64,000 nt of DNA from Trypanosoma brucei. Its lineage: Eukaryota. Below the pieces are notes generated by a model. It was given only the letters and a program-made list of their open reading frames with translations. It did not search any database and was not told the DNA's origin. The position numbers and the translations under genes are program-made. Below, piece after piece: positions 62,184 to 64,000 of the stretch (position 1 is its first letter; every line of letters begins with the position of its first letter). The DNA lies in assembly GCA_000002445.1 (NCBI GenBank), contig CH464491.1:4672001-4736000 (forward strand), written 5' to 3'.

Positions 62184-64000
62184 TTTTTGGAATTTTCTTC
62201 GTGCCTTCGTGGGAGTTTCCCCCCACTGGCGCGGCCATCAGCCATCACTGTAGAGCCCTGAGATGCTATCGGTCTGGCGACTGTGGCAGAGTCTCCCTTT
62301 TTTATTCAGCCTAACACACTCTCTATAATTTTTGTTGTAGCTCCTCAGTTGAACGGAATACAGCAGATGGGGCGAGAAGCCCCCCACCCCAGACTCTCTA
62401 AAAGATGTCAATTAGCAATCCTTTTGTTTTGATTTTTGTTATTCGTTTATTATTCTCTTCCCCTCTTTCTGTTTCTGTTGCTTGTTGACTGCATATCCCC
62501 TCTGTCTCTGAGAGTGTCTGGACTATTCCTGCGTCCAGTGCTTTTCCTGCTAGCTCCACACTCGGCAATAAGGGGGGAAGTTGCAGAAGGGAGAGTGGGT
62601 TGTATGACTGTTACATTAGGGGAAGACTTCACCTGCGGCCTGCTCCGTTCAACCGCAATGAGAAATTGCGCCAGCCTTTTGGAGAATCATATATCCTGCA
62701 CACACACACTTTCTACCGCAAACCTGACACGTAACTCCTTCAAACCGGGACAGCTCATCAAGTGCAGCGACGTTTCTTCGCAGCCGCCGCGTTGGCTGGT
62801 AACAGCGCGCTCTACCTTCATACCGTGCATCTTCTTTTGATATAGGGTGAGGCCAGTTTTGCTAGCACACTGCCTTCCGCATGTCTGGCACACCAACATG
62901 GATGTGTTTGTATGCGGGGAATCAGTGGCACACAATTTTGTGCTTTTGCTGCATTTAAGCTCGACTCCCTCACCTTTGTGGAAAGCCTCACAGTGTCGGA
63001 TGAGGGAGTCCCTGCAACTGAGCACTTTTTGGCACACACCACACTGCACCTCGCCTTTCCCCGGGACGTCAACGTTTCCCTCACGGGCACGCTTACGGGG
63101 GAATTGCACCACCACCACGGTACCGTCCTCCGTCACTATGCTCTTATGTTTGAATTTCTTGTGTAGTGACAGGGAAGAGCGTGTACCGAAGCTCGCCTCG
63201 CACAGGTCACATTGAAACGGCAGCTTCCGTGTATCCTGAGAGGCTGGCGCTGCTGGGGCTCTACCATCTCCTTGCAATGAGTCTTCGTTTTCTCGCCCCC
63301 TTTTCACGCGCCCACTACCGGTACCTATGCCATGTATTGTTCTAAGGTGGTGTAATAGTCGGCCTGGCACTGCGAATTTGGAGGCACAGAGGGTACAATG
63401 AAGCACATGTGCTCTCATCGGGACTCGTGTGCTCGATGGTAGAGGAATGGTCGCCACCACCGGAATGGGCTCCGGGGGGATGTCCACTGCAGGTGTTGCA
63501 TCGCCGTATTTGATCCTCCGGAGGGCATCAACTCGCACAAAGCCATGTTTGTTTACCATATGCGTTACAGCACTCGAGCGGCATTGGTATGTGGCATCAT
63601 ATTCCGTACATTTGTTTGGGTCTGAGGTTCTCTGAAGAGTACGTGTCGCAACAGTTGAGGCTGTTTGTATTGTTGGCCCTATCGCTGCATGTTGCGGGTT
63701 ACACCATCGGCACTGTGGAGGCACACTCGGGTTGATCTTTCGCAACATCCATCCATAGTGTCTTGAAGACCCAACCCGAAAGCGTGCCAGTGCCGTTTCT
63801 TCTTCCCTCGTCAGTTCTTCTTTATGTTTTGTTGGAAAGTGGTTGCCCGTTATACCAAACCTATGAGTGTTCTCATGGACTTCTTCCGACCTAAGCACTC
63901 GCTTCGCATAAGCAATGATGTCGGGGATCCATGTGTCTCGCAACTGTGGTAACTCTGCGGCCTTTTTGGCCATTTCATCACAAACCTCATTCCGTTTCAC
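62184..64000 (-). mobile_element. ingi #5, 3' ~1.8 kb (the element continues beyond the window), minus strand
   Basis: T6 at 62184-62189 precedes the reverse-complemented ingi 3' end (GGAATTTTCTTCGTGCCTTCGTGGGAGTTTCCCCCCACTGGCGCGGCCATCAGCC). ORF 62687..64000(-) covers the RNase H and C2H2 finger region. Confidence 0.85.

Overview
This window looks like a subtelomeric VSG (variant surface glycoprotein) array region of an African trypanosome of the Trypanosoma brucei group. That identification rests on VSG-type coding sequences, 70-bp repeats, ingi/RIME retroposons and a 2A-like motif, not on any database search. It is eukaryotic, with no prokaryotic defence or CRISPR-type system. The layout runs as follows. 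(i) 1-5575 holds a minus-strand VSG array with two VSG pseudogenes and a 70-bp repeat tract. (ii) 5576-15768 holds two tandem plus-strand ingi non-LTR retroposons; the second has its 5' ~650 bp inverted. (iii) 15769-18724 holds a short minus-strand array remnant: a VSG N-terminal fragment, 70-bp repeats and a VSG C-terminal fragment. (iv) 18725-30791 holds two minus-strand ingi copies, a RIME and an unidentified gene fragment. (v) 30792-33400 holds a degenerate Gag-like remnant with a CCHC zinc knuckle. (vi) 33700-62183 holds a plus-strand array of 9 VSG genes or pseudogenes, only one with an intact ORF, each preceded by a 70-bp repeat tract and followed by a 3'UTR 16-mer-like element. (vii) 62184-64000 holds the 3' part of a fifth ingi, minus strand. 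All ingi copies are degenerate, with frameshifts and stops. Two 100-N assembly gaps lie inside ingi copies. The two VSG arrays therefore diverge from a ~28 kb retroelement-rich block in which the ingi copies converge. I found nothing that needs a new biological system to explain it. The most unusual items are the 5'-inverted ingi, the Gag-like remnant and a few near-intact VSGs.
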